A DNA stretch of 64,000 bases, taken from contig JAJPEQ010000011.1 in the NCBI GenBank assembly GCA_021166775.1, forward strand, positions 134,515 to 198,514. The letters run 5' to 3'. Positions 20,637-30,083 of this stretch are shown here, one piece after another. The translations under genes and the position numbers were made by a program. The DNA comes from Comamonas sp. GTDB taxonomy: Bacteria > Pseudomonadota > Gammaproteobacteria > Burkholderiales > Burkholderiaceae_C. Position 1 is the stretch's first letter, and each line of letters opens with the position of its first letter. A model generated the notes under the pieces. It was not told the origin of the DNA, did not search any database, and was given only the letters and a program-made list of their open reading frames with translations.

Positions 20637-21760
20637 GGTGTGGGATCTCCGCCAGCGCCATCGTGACCGGAGCTCGTGGGCAGTGTCAGGATGATGGATG
20701 TTCCGCAGCCGCTCTGGCTGCTGATGTCCAGCCAGCCGCCGGCGCGACGTGCGCGCTCGCGCAGACCGCGCAGGCCGAACGAACGCGCATTGGCCAAGGC
20801 TTGCGGGGCCATGCCCACCCCGTCATCGACGACTTCGAGCAGCATGTGGTCGTCGTGGGCCGACAGCTCCACCCGGACGCTGTGCGCCTGCGCGTATTTC
20901 TGGATGTTGGTCAGGGCTTCCTGCACCGTGCGGTAGGCCACCAGTTGCAGTGCCTTCGCGATGCAGGGCTCCTGCGGGTCGGCGAGCACGCGCGTCGGCG
21001 TGCCGGTGCGCCGCTCGAAGGTCTGCGTGAGCCATTGCACGGCGGCGATCAATCCCTGGTCGAGCACGGGCGGGCGCAGGTTCATCATGATGCGCTGGCT
21101 GGCGCCCAGGGCATGCTGCAACATGTCGTTGGCGCTGCGGGCGTGCGCGGCGATGGCGGTGTCGGTGGCGTGACGGGTGATCCATGCGAGATCGAAGCGC
21201 GCGGCCGTCAGCGCCCCGCCCACATCGTCATGGATCTCGCGGGCGATGGCCGCGCGTTCTTCCTCGATGGTGGCCTGCAGGTGCTCGGCCAGCTCCGCAA
21301 GGCGCTTTTCCGACGCGGCCAGCTCGGCGCCCGCTTGCTCGCGCGCGCGCCGTGCCTGTGCCATTTCGATGGCCCGGGCGATGACCCGCGGCAGGCGTGC
21401 GATATCGTCCTTGAGCAGGTAGTCGGCAAAGCCCATGCGCATGGCATGCACGGCCGCGGCCTCGCCGATGGCGCCGGAGAGCAGGATGAACGGGGGGTGC
21501 GCGGGGATCTCCTGGGCCAGATTCCAGGCGTCGATCGCGGTGAAACCCCGCAGCCGGTAGTCGGCCAGCACGACATCGAACGACCTGTCGAGCAAGTACG
21601 CACGCAAGGCCTGCAGGGTGTCCACGCGAGTGAGCGTGTATTCGGAGGAGGCGTGTCGCAGCGCCAGACAAGCCAGTTCATGATCGGTGGCCGAGTCCTC
21701 CAGATGCAGCACCCGCACGGGTTTGTCAGCGCTGTCATTTTCTTCGGGAGTAGCTATCAT
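20633..21760 (-). CDS. Hybrid REC + HisKA_3 histidine kinase
   Basis: N-terminal REC; IAREIHDDVGG H-box; QEALTNI; DDGVG. Confidence 0.9.
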   Translation of the reverse strand: MIATPEENDSADKPVRVLHLEDSATDHELACLALRHASSEYTLTRVDTLQALRAYLLDRSFDVVLADYRLRGFTAIDAWNLAQEIPAHPPFILLSGAIGEAAAVHAMRMGFADYLLKDDIARLPRVIARAIEMAQARRAREQAGAELAASEKRLAELAEHLQATIEEERAAIAREIHDDVGGALTAARFDLAWITRHATDTAIAAHARSANDMLQHALGASQRIMMNLRPPVLDQGLIAAVQWLTQTFERRTGTPTRVLADPQEPCIAKALQLVAYRTVQEALTNIQKYAQAHSVRVELSAHDDHMLLEVVDDGVGMAPQALANARSFGLRGLRERARRAGGWLDISSQSGCGTSIILTLPTSSGHDGAGGDPTP

Positions 21761-21889
21761 GTTTGCCAAATCAGACCGTGAAGAGTCGTTTGCGGCGCGG
21801 TACGCCCTGCATTGCAACTGCCATGCCGTCGGGATGGTAGCTGTTCGCGTGAGGGGGCTCCGGGCCTGGTTATCTGCAATGCTGGAGAA

Positions 21890-22339
21890 ATGATGCCGTC
21901 AACACCTGATGCTCCTTCGGAGCCCATGGTTGCAATACCGGTGCTGGTGGCCGCAGATTTGCAGGACGCGCTGCTCACCTCGCTGCATGATTTGCACCGC
22001 CTGCAGGGCTTGCTCGATCATGCGGCCGGCAACCTCATTCAGCGTTTTGGCGATGCGGATGCCGCGCTGTCCCGTGACGTGGTGGATGCGCACCCTGAAC
22101 TCGAGGCACTTCGCGATGCCTTGCGCAACGCCATCACCGAGTTGCAATTTCACGACATGGCGGTCCAGCTCATCACACACACAGGCAAGGTCTTGCAGGC
22201 CTGTTCGTCGCGGCTGAGCGTGGAAGCCATGGGTTCGGATGACGGGGAAGAAGCCGCGGTCATCGAGATCGTGCCGCCCGAAAAACCCAATCCCGTGACG
22301 CAAAGCGAGATGGATGCCGGTTCCATCGAGCTCTTTTGA
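21890..22339 (+). CDS. Chemotaxis-associated hypothetical protein
   Basis: Helical protein with LQFHD..Q motif and C-terminal GSIELF, directly upstream of cheY. Confidence 0.7.
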   Translation: MMPSTPDAPSEPMVAIPVLVAADLQDALLTSLHDLHRLQGLLDHAAGNLIQRFGDADAALSRDVVDAHPELEALRDALRNAITELQFHDMAVQLITHTGKVLQACSSRLSVEAMGSDDGEEAAVIEIVPPEKPNPVTQSEMDAGSIELF

Positions 22340-22395
22340 CTGTTACAGGATCGTTACCGGTTAACCTACGTACTTCGGAGAGATTGGAGTCCTGC

Positions 22396-22758
22396 ATGCA
22401 GTCGATACTGGCCGTCGATGATTCGCCTTCCATGCGCAAGATGGTTTCATTCACGCTGACCAGCGCCGGATACAACGTGCTTGAGGCGGTAGATGGCGAG
22501 GATGCGTTCGAGAAGGCCATGGCGAACGACGTCGATCTGATCCTGGCCGACCAGAACATGCCGCGCCTTGATGGCATCGGCCTCACGCGGCGTTTGCGCG
22601 AGCATCCGCGCTTCAAGGACAAGCCCATTCTGATTCTCACGACGGAATCGAGCGACCAGATGAAGCAGGCCGGACGCAGCGCCGGGGCCACCGGCTGGCT
22701 GGTCAAACCTTTTGATCCGACCCGGCTGGTCGAGGTCATTCGCAAGGTCATTCGCTGA
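22396..22758 (+). CDS. cheY: Chemotaxis response regulator CheY
   Basis: Stand-alone REC (VDDS, DQNMP, VKPF) before cheA. Confidence 0.9.
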   Translation: MQSILAVDDSPSMRKMVSFTLTSAGYNVLEAVDGEDAFEKAMANDVDLILADQNMPRLDGIGLTRRLREHPRFKDKPILILTTESSDQMKQAGRSAGATGWLVKPFDPTRLVEVIRKVIR

Positions 22759-22809
22759 AACGATCGGGATCTGATCCGCGGCGTACATACGGAAGAAGGA
22801 AGTCACACC

Positions 22810-24936
22810 ATGGCAGATACCCAGGCGGCAAGCGGTGGTTCGGATTTCGATCTGAGCCAGTTCTACGGTGTTTTTTTCGAAGAGGCAGCCGAGAACCTGG
22901 ACCAGATGGAGCAGATGCTGCTGGCATTGGACGTGACTGCGCCCGATGATGAAGAGCTCAACGGCATTTTTCGCTGCGCCCACTCCATCAAGGGCGGTTC
23001 GGCCACTTTTGGTTTCGCTGATGTCGCCGAACTCACGCACAAGATGGAATCGCTGCTGGACAAGCTGCGCAGGCATGAGCTGCAGCTGACACCGCCGATG
23101 GTGGATGCGCTGCTGGAGTCGGCCGATGTCTCGCGCAGCCTGCTCGCGCGCCACCAAAGCGGCGGACAGGATGAGGTCGTCCCCACCGCCGAGCTGGTGG
23201 CGCGTATCCGGGCGTTGGCCGAGGGTGTCGCACCCGCGGCGGCCGTTGCCGTCGCTGCGCCTGTGGTGCCCGCGCCGGCTCCGGCTCCGGTGGCCGCGCC
23301 GGTAGCGGCTGACGCGGCGCAGGCGACGGGCGAGCGTTTTCTGGAAATCAGCATCGGGCCATTGGCGCAGCCCGAGCTGGCGGACGCCGTCAAGGACCTG
23401 TTTCACGACATCGAGGGCCTGGGCACCATCAGCGACCTGCCGGACGAGCGCCCGGGCATGCGTGCGTTTGCGGTCCGCACACGTTCTTCCGACGCCGAGC
23501 TGCTGGACCTGTTCGTCTTTCATGTCGCCAAGGAGCAGGTGACGATCAAGGAGCTTGGCGCGGTTGCCGCGGAAGGCGGCGGTGACGCAGCTGCCCCGCC
23601 GGCCGAGGCGTACGGCTTTTTCAACGGGGCGCCCGGGGCGCCCAGGGACCTCGGAGCTGCGGAACACCATGAAGCGGCAGCGGCTGCGGCCGCCCCCCAG
23701 ACCCCTGCGGGCGCGCAGGGCGCGGCTGGAGCGCACCCTGCACAGCACAAGGCAGCGGCGCACGCTTCGATCGAATCGAGCACCATCCGCGTTGCGGTCA
23801 ACAAGGTGGATCAACTCATCAACCTGGTGGGCGAGCTCGTGATCACGCAGGCCATGCTGGCGCAGAACAGCCGCGATCTGGATGCAGGTGTGCATCAGCA
23901 GCTGCTGGCAGGCTTGGCGGATCTTGATCGCAATACGCGCGATTTGCAGGAATCGGTCATGTCCATCCGCATGATCCCGATGTCGACCGTGTTCAACCGT
24001 TTCCCACGCATGCTGCGCGACCTTGCCAACAAGCTTGGCAAGAAGGTTGAATTCGTCACCAACGGCGAAGCCACGGAGCTGGACAAAAGTCTGGTCGAAA
24101 AAATCACCGACCCGCTCACGCATCTGGTGCGCAACAGCTGCGATCACGGCATTGAAACCCCCGCCGAACGACTGGCCGCGGACAAGACCGAGCATGGCAC
24201 GCTCACGCTCTCCGCGTCGCATCAGGGAGGCTCGATTGTCATCGAGGTGCGCGATGACGGCCGCGGGCTGTCGCGTGAAAAGATTCTCGCCAAGGCGCGT
24301 GAGCGCGGCATAGATGCACCCGACTCCATGGCGGACGCGGACGTCTGGAATCTCATCATGCTTCCGGGCTTCTCGACGGCGGACGTGGTCACGGACGTTT
24401 CAGGCCGTGGCGTGGGAATGGATGTCGTCAAGAAGAACATCGCGGCGCTCAACGGCACGGTCGAACTCGAATCGATGGAAGGGGTGGGCACGCGCGTCTC
24501 GGTGCGCCTGCCGCTGACCCTGGCCATCATGGATGGCATGTCCGTGGGTGTCGCCGACGAGGTTTACATCCTGCCCCTGTCCTCGGTGGTCGAGTCGTTC
24601 CAGGTCAACCAGGAAGGCATCAACACGGTGGCGCAGGGGTCCCAGCTCGTGAAGGTGCGCGATGAATTCATGCCGGTCATCTCGCTGGAAAAAATCTTCC
24701 AGGTACCGCGCGCCGATCCCGGGCATGGCAACGAGATCATGGTGGTGGTGGAAGCCGACGGCTCCCGGGTTGCCTTGCTGGTCGATGAATTGCTTGGCCA
24801 GCAGCAGGTGGTCGTCAAGAACCTGGAAACCAACTATCGCAAGGTGGCGAACGTCTCGGGCGCCACGATCATGGGTGATGGCAGCGTGGCCCTGATACTC
24901 GATACGGGTGCACTGGTGCGTCGTGCGCGCCACTGA
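22810..24936 (+). CDS. cheA: Chemotaxis histidine kinase CheA
   Basis: Hpt AHSIKGG; HLVRNSCDHG; SGRGVGMDVV; CheW-like C-terminus. Confidence 0.97.
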   Translation: MADTQAASGGSDFDLSQFYGVFFEEAAENLDQMEQMLLALDVTAPDDEELNGIFRCAHSIKGGSATFGFADVAELTHKMESLLDKLRRHELQLTPPMVDALLESADVSRSLLARHQSGGQDEVVPTAELVARIRALAEGVAPAAAVAVAAPVVPAPAPAPVAAPVAADAAQATGERFLEISIGPLAQPELADAVKDLFHDIEGLGTISDLPDERPGMRAFAVRTRSSDAELLDLFVFHVAKEQVTIKELGAVAAEGGGDAAAPPAEAYGFFNGAPGAPRDLGAAEHHEAAAAAAAPQTPAGAQGAAGAHPAQHKAAAHASIESSTIRVAVNKVDQLINLVGELVITQAMLAQNSRDLDAGVHQQLLAGLADLDRNTRDLQESVMSIRMIPMSTVFNRFPRMLRDLANKLGKKVEFVTNGEATELDKSLVEKITDPLTHLVRNSCDHGIETPAERLAADKTEHGTLTLSASHQGGSIVIEVRDDGRGLSREKILAKARERGIDAPDSMADADVWNLIMLPGFSTADVVTDVSGRGVGMDVVKKNIAALNGTVELESMEGVGTRVSVRLPLTLAIMDGMSVGVADEVYILPLSSVVESFQVNQEGINTVAQGSQLVKVRDEFMPVISLEKIFQVPRADPGHGNEIMVVVEADGSRVALLVDELLGQQQVVVKNLETNYRKVANVSGATIMGDGSVALILDTGALVRRARH

Positions 24937-24962
24937 CAGCGACAGGCAAGGAGGTGTGAGAG

Positions 24963-25454
24963 ATGAGTGCAGTCCTGGAAAAGAACATTGAAGCAACGGT
25001 GCCTGGGGCCAGTGAATACCTCACGTTCAGACTCGGCAACGAGGAGTACGGCATCGATATCCTCAAGGTGCAGGAGATACGTGGATATGAACCGCCCACG
25101 CGGGTAGCCAATGCGCCCGCCTTCATCAAGGGGGTTTCCAATCTGCGCGGCACCATTGTTCCCATCATCGACATGCGCTTGCGCTTTGCCTGCCCGAGTG
25201 CCGAGTACAACCAGCTCACCGTGGCGATCATTCTCAACCTGCACGACCGGGTGGTCGGCATGGTGGTGGATTCGGTCAGCGACGTGATCGAGCTCACCGA
25301 CGGGCAGGTGCGCCCGGCGCCCGAGGTGGAGAGTGCGATCGATGCTCGATGCATCCGCGGCCTGGGCGCGGTCGGGGAACGCATGCTGATCCTGCTGGAC
25401 ATCGAAAGGCTGATGAGCGGCCCGGACATGGGCCTGGTTCTGTCGGCCAGCTGA
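24963..25454 (+). CDS. cheW: Chemotaxis protein CheW
   Basis: YGIDILKVQEI; NLRGTIVP. Confidence 0.95.
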   Translation: MSAVLEKNIEATVPGASEYLTFRLGNEEYGIDILKVQEIRGYEPPTRVANAPAFIKGVSNLRGTIVPIIDMRLRFACPSAEYNQLTVAIILNLHDRVVGMVVDSVSDVIELTDGQVRPAPEVESAIDARCIRGLGAVGERMLILLDIERLMSGPDMGLVLSAS

Positions 25455-25509
25455 TGCGCTCCAGGCAGGCCGCGCGCCTGCCTGACCACGACGAACGGAT
25501 CATCTGTCC

Positions 25510-26382
25510 ATGGCCGCATCCATGTCTTCTGGCCGCTCGGCTGCGGTGGCGGGTGGCCAGGAGATCGGCGTGGGTGAGGCCCGGGAGTTTGCCTGGACGG
25601 AGGCGGATTTCAAGCGGGTGCAGAAGCTCATCTATCAGCGTGCCGGCATCAGTCTGCACGACGGCAAGCACGCGATGGTCTACAGCCGACTGTCCAGGCG
25701 CCTGCGGGAGACCGGGTACGGGCGCTTTGACGACTACCTGAACTGGCTGGAAGGGCAGGATGGGCCGGAGTGGCAGGAGTTCATCAACGCGCTGACGACC
25801 AATCTCACGGCGTTCTTTCGTGAGCAGCATCATTTCGAGAGTCTCTCCGCGCTCCTCAAGAGGCGGCCGGGTGGACCATGGAAGATGTGGTGCAGCGCCG
25901 CCTCCACTGGCGAAGAACCGTATTCCATCGTCATGACCGTGCTGCAGACGCTGGGCGGCGGCGTGCCGTTCGACTTGGTGGCCAGCGACATCGACTCTCG
26001 CGTGCTCGAGGCGGCGGGGCGCGGCGTCTACCGCGCCCAGGGCCTCAAGGGGCTGACGCACGAGCAGTTGCAGCGGTTCTTCATGCGGGGAAAAGGGGAC
26101 AATGACGGTTTGGTTCGGGTGCGGCCCGAGCTACGCAAGCCGATCACGTTCCTGAGTGTCAATCTGATTCGCGACGATTGGCCGTTTCGCGAGCCATTCG
26201 ATGTCGTTTTTTGCCGTAATGTGATGATTTATTTTGATGCGCAGACGCAGCGGCGCGTGCTCGAGCGCATCCATCGCGTGCTCAAGCCCGGCGGTACGCT
26301 GTTTGTCGGTCATGCGGAAAACTTCAGCGAGTCGCGCGACTTGTTTGTGCTTCGCGGAAAGACGGTCTATGAACGGGTTTGA
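25510..26382 (+). CDS. cheR: Chemotaxis methyltransferase CheR
   Basis: TTNLTAFFREQHHF; ASTGEEPYS; FCRNVMIYF. Confidence 0.96.
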   Translation: MAASMSSGRSAAVAGGQEIGVGEAREFAWTEADFKRVQKLIYQRAGISLHDGKHAMVYSRLSRRLRETGYGRFDDYLNWLEGQDGPEWQEFINALTTNLTAFFREQHHFESLSALLKRRPGGPWKMWCSAASTGEEPYSIVMTVLQTLGGGVPFDLVASDIDSRVLEAAGRGVYRAQGLKGLTHEQLQRFFMRGKGDNDGLVRVRPELRKPITFLSVNLIRDDWPFREPFDVVFCRNVMIYFDAQTQRRVLERIHRVLKPGGTLFVGHAENFSESRDLFVLRGKTVYERV

Positions 26383-27091
26383 TGCCGGTACGGCGCCCGC
26401 CAGCGGCAAGGAGCGCCGCCGTGCGCCGCGCATCGGCCCTATCCCGAAAGATGCCGGGCGTCTGCCCGCGCATACGCCCACGATACAGGAGCTTCAGGGG
26501 GCGCCGCGGCGTACCGGCGAGGCGTCGTTTTTTTTCTTTGATCAGCGCTTTCAGTTCAACGCGGTGAAGGTGCTGCCCGGCGAGTATTTCGTGTCCGGCG
26601 AAAACATGGTCATCCAGACCGTATTGGGTTCGTGCATCGCCGCCTGCCTGTGGGACAGTCGCACCCATGTGGGCGGCATGAATCATTTCATGCTGCCCGA
26701 GGGGGACGGCGCAGACCAGTCCGGCCGTTATGGTTCGTATGCGATGGAAGTACTGATCAACGAGATGATGAAGCTGGGCGCGCGTCGCGAGACCTTGCAA
26801 GCCAAGATTTTCGGGGGCGGACAGGTCATGGCCAATTTTTCCACGCTCAACGTGGGCGAGCGCAATACCGAGTTCGTGCAAAACTATCTCGCCACCGAGC
26901 GCATTCCGGTGATTGCCGAGGACGTGCTCGATATCTACCCGCGCAAGGTGGTCTTTTTCCCGGTGACGGGCAAGGCCATGGTCAAGCGTCTGGCGCACGC
27001 CCATCCCGATCTGCTGGCCGATGAAAAGGCACGCGGCAGCGCGGCCGTGGTGGTCCAGACCAATCACGGCGGCTCGGTCGATCTGTTCTGA
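26369..27091 (+). CDS. cheD: Chemoreceptor glutamine deamidase CheD
   Basis: [10 protein letters not shown]; GGMNHFMLP; AKIFGG. Confidence 0.95.
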   Translation: MNGFDAGTAPASGKERRRAPRIGPIPKDAGRLPAHTPTIQELQGAPRRTGEASFFFFDQRFQFNAVKVLPGEYFVSGENMVIQTVLGSCIAACLWDSRTHVGGMNHFMLPEGDGADQSGRYGSYAMEVLINEMMKLGARRETLQAKIFGGGQVMANFSTLNVGERNTEFVQNYLATERIPVIAEDVLDIYPRKVVFFPVTGKAMVKRLAHAHPDLLADEKARGSAAVVVQTNHGGSVDLF

Positions 27092-27110
27092 GCAAGGAGT
27101 GAACCTGGCC

Positions 27111-28202
27111 ATGGGACGCAAGACCCGAGTGATCGTGGTGGACGATTCCGCGTTGGTGCGCAGTCTGCTCGCAGAGATCATCAACCGTCAGCCGGACATG
27201 GAGTGCATAGGCGCGGCCAATGATCCACTGCAGGCGCGCGAGATGATTCGCAGCCTCAACCCCGACGTCATCACGCTGGATGTGGAAATGCCGCGCATGG
27301 ATGGCATTGATTTTCTCGGGCGTTTGATGCGCCTGCGGCCCACGCCTGTCGTGATGATCTCCACGCTCACCGAGCGCGGGGCCGAAGTGACCATGCGCGC
27401 GCTCGAACTGGGGGCCGTGGATTTCGTGGCCAAACCGCGTATCGGATTGGCGACGGGCATCAACCAGCTGGCCACGCAGATCACCGACAAAATCCGCATC
27501 GCCGCGCAGGCCAGGGTGCATCGCGTGGTGGCGCCCGTGGCGGACGGATCGGCGGCGGCAGGCGCCGCCGTGCCGGCTCGCACCGGCCTTCTGGGTCGAA
27601 TCTCCACCGAGAAAATCATTGCCATCGGCGCCTCCACGGGGGGGACCGAGGCCATCCGCGAAGTTCTGACACGGCTTCCCGCGGACTGCCCGGCGATCGT
27701 TATCACCCAGCATATGCCCGCGGGCTTCACGACGAGCTTTGCCGCTCGCCTCAATGGGCTGTGTCAGATCACGGTGAAGGAAGCGCAGGATGGCGAGCGC
27801 ATATTGCCGGGGCACGCCTACATTGCGCCGGGTGGCATGCAGTTTCACCTCAGCCGCAGCGGAGCCAATTACCTGGCGGCAGTGGACGATGGCCCGCCGG
27901 TGAATCGCCACAAGCCTTCGGTGGAGGTGCTTTTCAAATCGGTGGCTGCCTGCGTGGGACGCAATGCCTACGGCATCATGCTCACTGGCATGGGCGACGA
28001 TGGCGCGGCTGCGATGCGCGCCATGAAGGATGCGGGCAGCTACAACTACGTGCAGGATGAAGCCAGCTGCGTGGTGTTCGGCATGCCGCGTGAAGCCATC
28101 GCGCATGGAGCGGCCGATGAGGTGCTGCCGCTCACAGAGATCGCCGGTGCCCTGGTGGCGCGTCTGCGCGGCTCAACGGATCGGCTGCTCAACCGCATCT
28201 GA
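27111..28202 (+). CDS. cheB: Chemotaxis methylesterase CheB
   Basis: REC domain plus [18 protein letters not shown]. Confidence 0.96.
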   Translation: MGRKTRVIVVDDSALVRSLLAEIINRQPDMECIGAANDPLQAREMIRSLNPDVITLDVEMPRMDGIDFLGRLMRLRPTPVVMISTLTERGAEVTMRALELGAVDFVAKPRIGLATGINQLATQITDKIRIAAQARVHRVVAPVADGSAAAGAAVPARTGLLGRISTEKIIAIGASTGGTEAIREVLTRLPADCPAIVITQHMPAGFTTSFAARLNGLCQITVKEAQDGERILPGHAYIAPGGMQFHLSRSGANYLAAVDDGPPVNRHKPSVEVLFKSVAACVGRNAYGIMLTGMGDDGAAAMRAMKDAGSYNYVQDEASCVVFGMPREAIAHGAADEVLPLTEIAGALVARLRGSTDRLLNRI

Positions 28203-28223
28203 GCGGCCGGACTCCATCCCGAT

Positions 28224-28721
28224 TCAGCCAGGCAGTTCATCGCGAGCAGCAATGTCAAGATGGCTGGTGTCGGCCCAGCCCACCAGAGTCAGGCCGCTGC
28301 CCGGGCTCCACAGCAGCCGATTGATGGCCGCGTTCGGCAATGGCCAGGTACGGGCCGCCTGCAGATGCTGGCGCGTTGCGAGACGGTAGAGGACATCCAT
28401 CACGCCTCCGTGCGCAACAAGGATTGCCAGTTCCCCCGCATGGCGCGCTGCCAGGTCGTCAACGGTTCCTGCGATGCGATCACGCAGGCTGTTGAGTGAT
28501 TCACCTCCGGGCGGCGCGTACTCGGGGTCGCGCCGACGCCAGCGCAAGGCATGCTCGGGGGACTCCTGTTGCACCTGCGTGAAGGTGCGGCCTTCATAGT
28601 GGCCGAAGCAGCGCTCGCGCAGGCGGGGATCGGCCACGGCGCGGCGGTGGGTGCGATGCGCTATCTCCGCGGCCGTTTCCATGGCGCGCCTGAGGTCACT
28701 GCTGTACACGGCGGCAGGGAG
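28224..28721 (-). pseudogene. 3' part of a histidine phosphatase gene, truncated by prophage insertion
   Basis: AAVYSSDLRRA, LRER.FG.YEG, PPGGES and VAHGGV motifs present; the N-terminal RHG segment is missing and is replaced by unrelated non-coding DNA from about 28722. Confidence 0.85.
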
Positions 28722-28754
28722 TGGGGGACTGCTCGGTTTGGCACTCGGGTGGGC

Positions 28755-28763
28755 TGTGGATAA
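28755..28763 (-). promoter_or_regulatory. Consensus DnaA box (TTATCCACA)
   Basis: TGTGGATAA on the + strand. Confidence 0.6.
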
Positions 28764-28921
28764 ATTTGGGCATCACTAGAGTTGGCGCGGGTTTACGGGG
28801 AATTTTGGCAGATATGGCGTTGACGATTGCTTTGGCGCGGAATGGGTGGCACGGGGGGAGAAAACGGGCGAAATGGGCGATTTCCGGGCTGGGGTGGGCC
28901 TAGGGTAGCCTGAAGGAGTTT

Positions 28922-28943
28922 CGGGGCCTTGTGGCCCCGTTTT
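28922..28943 (+). terminator. Intrinsic terminator facing into the prophage
   Basis: CGGGGCC-TTGT-GGCCCCG followed by TTTT. Confidence 0.65.
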
Positions 28944-29070
28944 CATTGGGGAAGTCGGTGTTCCAGGAGGGCGCCGAGTTGTCTGTGGGAGCTTGCGGGC
29001 GGCTGGCGCGAGGTCGGACGTCTTGAGGTCGGACGCAATGGCAACGTCCAACCATCTAATAAATCAATGA

Positions 29071-29083
29071 AATCAGCAGGTTA
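29071..29083 (+). promoter_or_regulatory. IHF consensus site
   Basis: AATCAGCAGGTTA fits WATCARNNNNTTR and is preceded by an A/T tract. Confidence 0.65.
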
Positions 29084-29101
29084 GAACGCTGCACAGCTAG
29101 G

Positions 29102-29110
29102 TTATCCACA
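29102..29110 (+). promoter_or_regulatory. Consensus DnaA box (TTATCCACA)
   Basis: Exact 9-mer directly abutting the 11-bp inverted repeat. Confidence 0.6.
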
Positions 29111-29160
29111 ACGTCCGACCTTATCGAGGTCGGACGTGTTTAAAGGTCCATTTCAGGGCT

Positions 29161-29580
29161 TTAAAACAGGGTGGCTTGCGACCTATCCACAGGCGCCGCT
29201 GCACCGGCGGCGGCCACGATGCGCTCGATCTGGCGCTCGGTCAGCTGGTATTCGGCAGCGAGTTCGCGGGCCGTCTTGTGCGTGGTGTAGGCCTGCACGA
29301 TGCGGGCGTTGCGCACGGCTAGCAGGGCGCGCTCGGCCTTGGGCAAGGGGAAGTGGGCCTCGGCGCCGTAGACCTCGGCCAGGGCGGCCAGGCGGTCGGC
29401 GCCGATGAGCTTGGCGATGGGGTGGTCCTGCCGCACGCGGGCCGGGGTGGGGATGTAGATGCGCAGGCCGCCGTAGGCGTGCACCAGGTCGAGCGTGGCC
29501 GTCAGGCCGATGAGGCGCACGAAGTCCTGCAGCAGCGGGGGCAGCAGGTCGGTGTCGATGGCGGCGGCCAAGCTGCTCAT
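29161..29580 (-). CDS. Mor/C-family transcription activator
   Basis: LDLVHAYGGLRIYIP, RNARIV and C-terminal HTH (ELAAEYQLTERQIERIV). Confidence 0.9.
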   Translation of the reverse strand: MSSLAAAIDTDLLPPLLQDFVRLIGLTATLDLVHAYGGLRIYIPTPARVRQDHPIAKLIGADRLAALAEVYGAEAHFPLPKAERALLAVRNARIVQAYTTHKTARELAAEYQLTERQIERIVAAAGAAAPVDRSQATLF

Positions 29581-30083
29581 ATTTCGGATGCGAGACCCCG
29601 GCGAAGCGCCTCGGTAGCGCTGATGAGGGCTGAGGCGGCCTCGCCGGGTAGCACTTCGCGGTGCTCAGCGACCAGGCACAGCTCTGCTTGTGCGCGACGC
29701 ATGGCCGCGACCAGGTCATCTCTTTGCTGTATGGCTCCCTCGAAGGCGTTCCATCGCATATTGGCGCGGACGCGCCAGGCTCCGATCGCGGCCTGTGCAG
29801 CAGAGAGCTGCACCAGCGTTTCGCCGGGTCCGGTCTTGACCGAAGCACGACGATAGCCGTTCTGTGTGTACAGGCGGGCCACGGCGGGCATCAAAGGAAT
29901 AGGCGGCTCTTCCGGTTTGTAGGCGCCCGTTTCTGTGCGCTCGGCCATGTCCAGTAGCGCGAGAATGTTGAGCGGATGCGCCACGGCATCCACGAAGGGG
30001 CCGTAGTGACGATTGCACGCGTCGCGCGCATCCTCGGCCAGGCGGCGCAGGCGTTTGCGCTCCTCGTAGGTCAGATCAGCCAT
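29577..30083 (-). CDS. Phage early protein, Ead/Ea22-like N-terminus
   Basis: AHPLNILALLD motif; coupled overlap with neighbours. Confidence 0.55.
   Translation of the reverse strand: MADLTYEERKRLRRLAEDARDACNRHYGPFVDAVAHPLNILALLDMAERTETGAYKPEEPPIPLMPAVARLYTQNGYRRASVKTGPGETLVQLSAAQAAIGAWRVRANMRWNAFEGAIQQRDDLVAAMRRAQAELCLVAEHREVLPGEAASALISATEALRRGLASEI

Larger units (their letters stand above)
29010..29137. repeat. Left-end repeat cluster (AGGTCGGACG core), probable transposase-binding sites
   Basis: Direct repeats GAGGTCGGACG at 29010 and 29025; variant inverted copy 29044-29053; perfect 11-bp inverted repeat 29111-29121 / 29127-29137. Confidence 0.8.

Noticed and set aside
28776-29051. 91-aa minus-strand ORF in the left-end region
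   Set aside because: Pro/Ser-rich translation of a G-skewed, repeat-containing non-coding end; no RBS or homology cue
29010-29137. CRISPR array
   Set aside because: Repeats are about 11 bp, in mixed orientation and irregularly spaced; no cas genes
28755-29191. Host oriC, suggested by DnaA boxes, an IHF site and an AT-rich patch
   Set aside because: Only two perfect boxes, inside a prophage end that interrupts a gene, with no dnaA, gidA or parAB context
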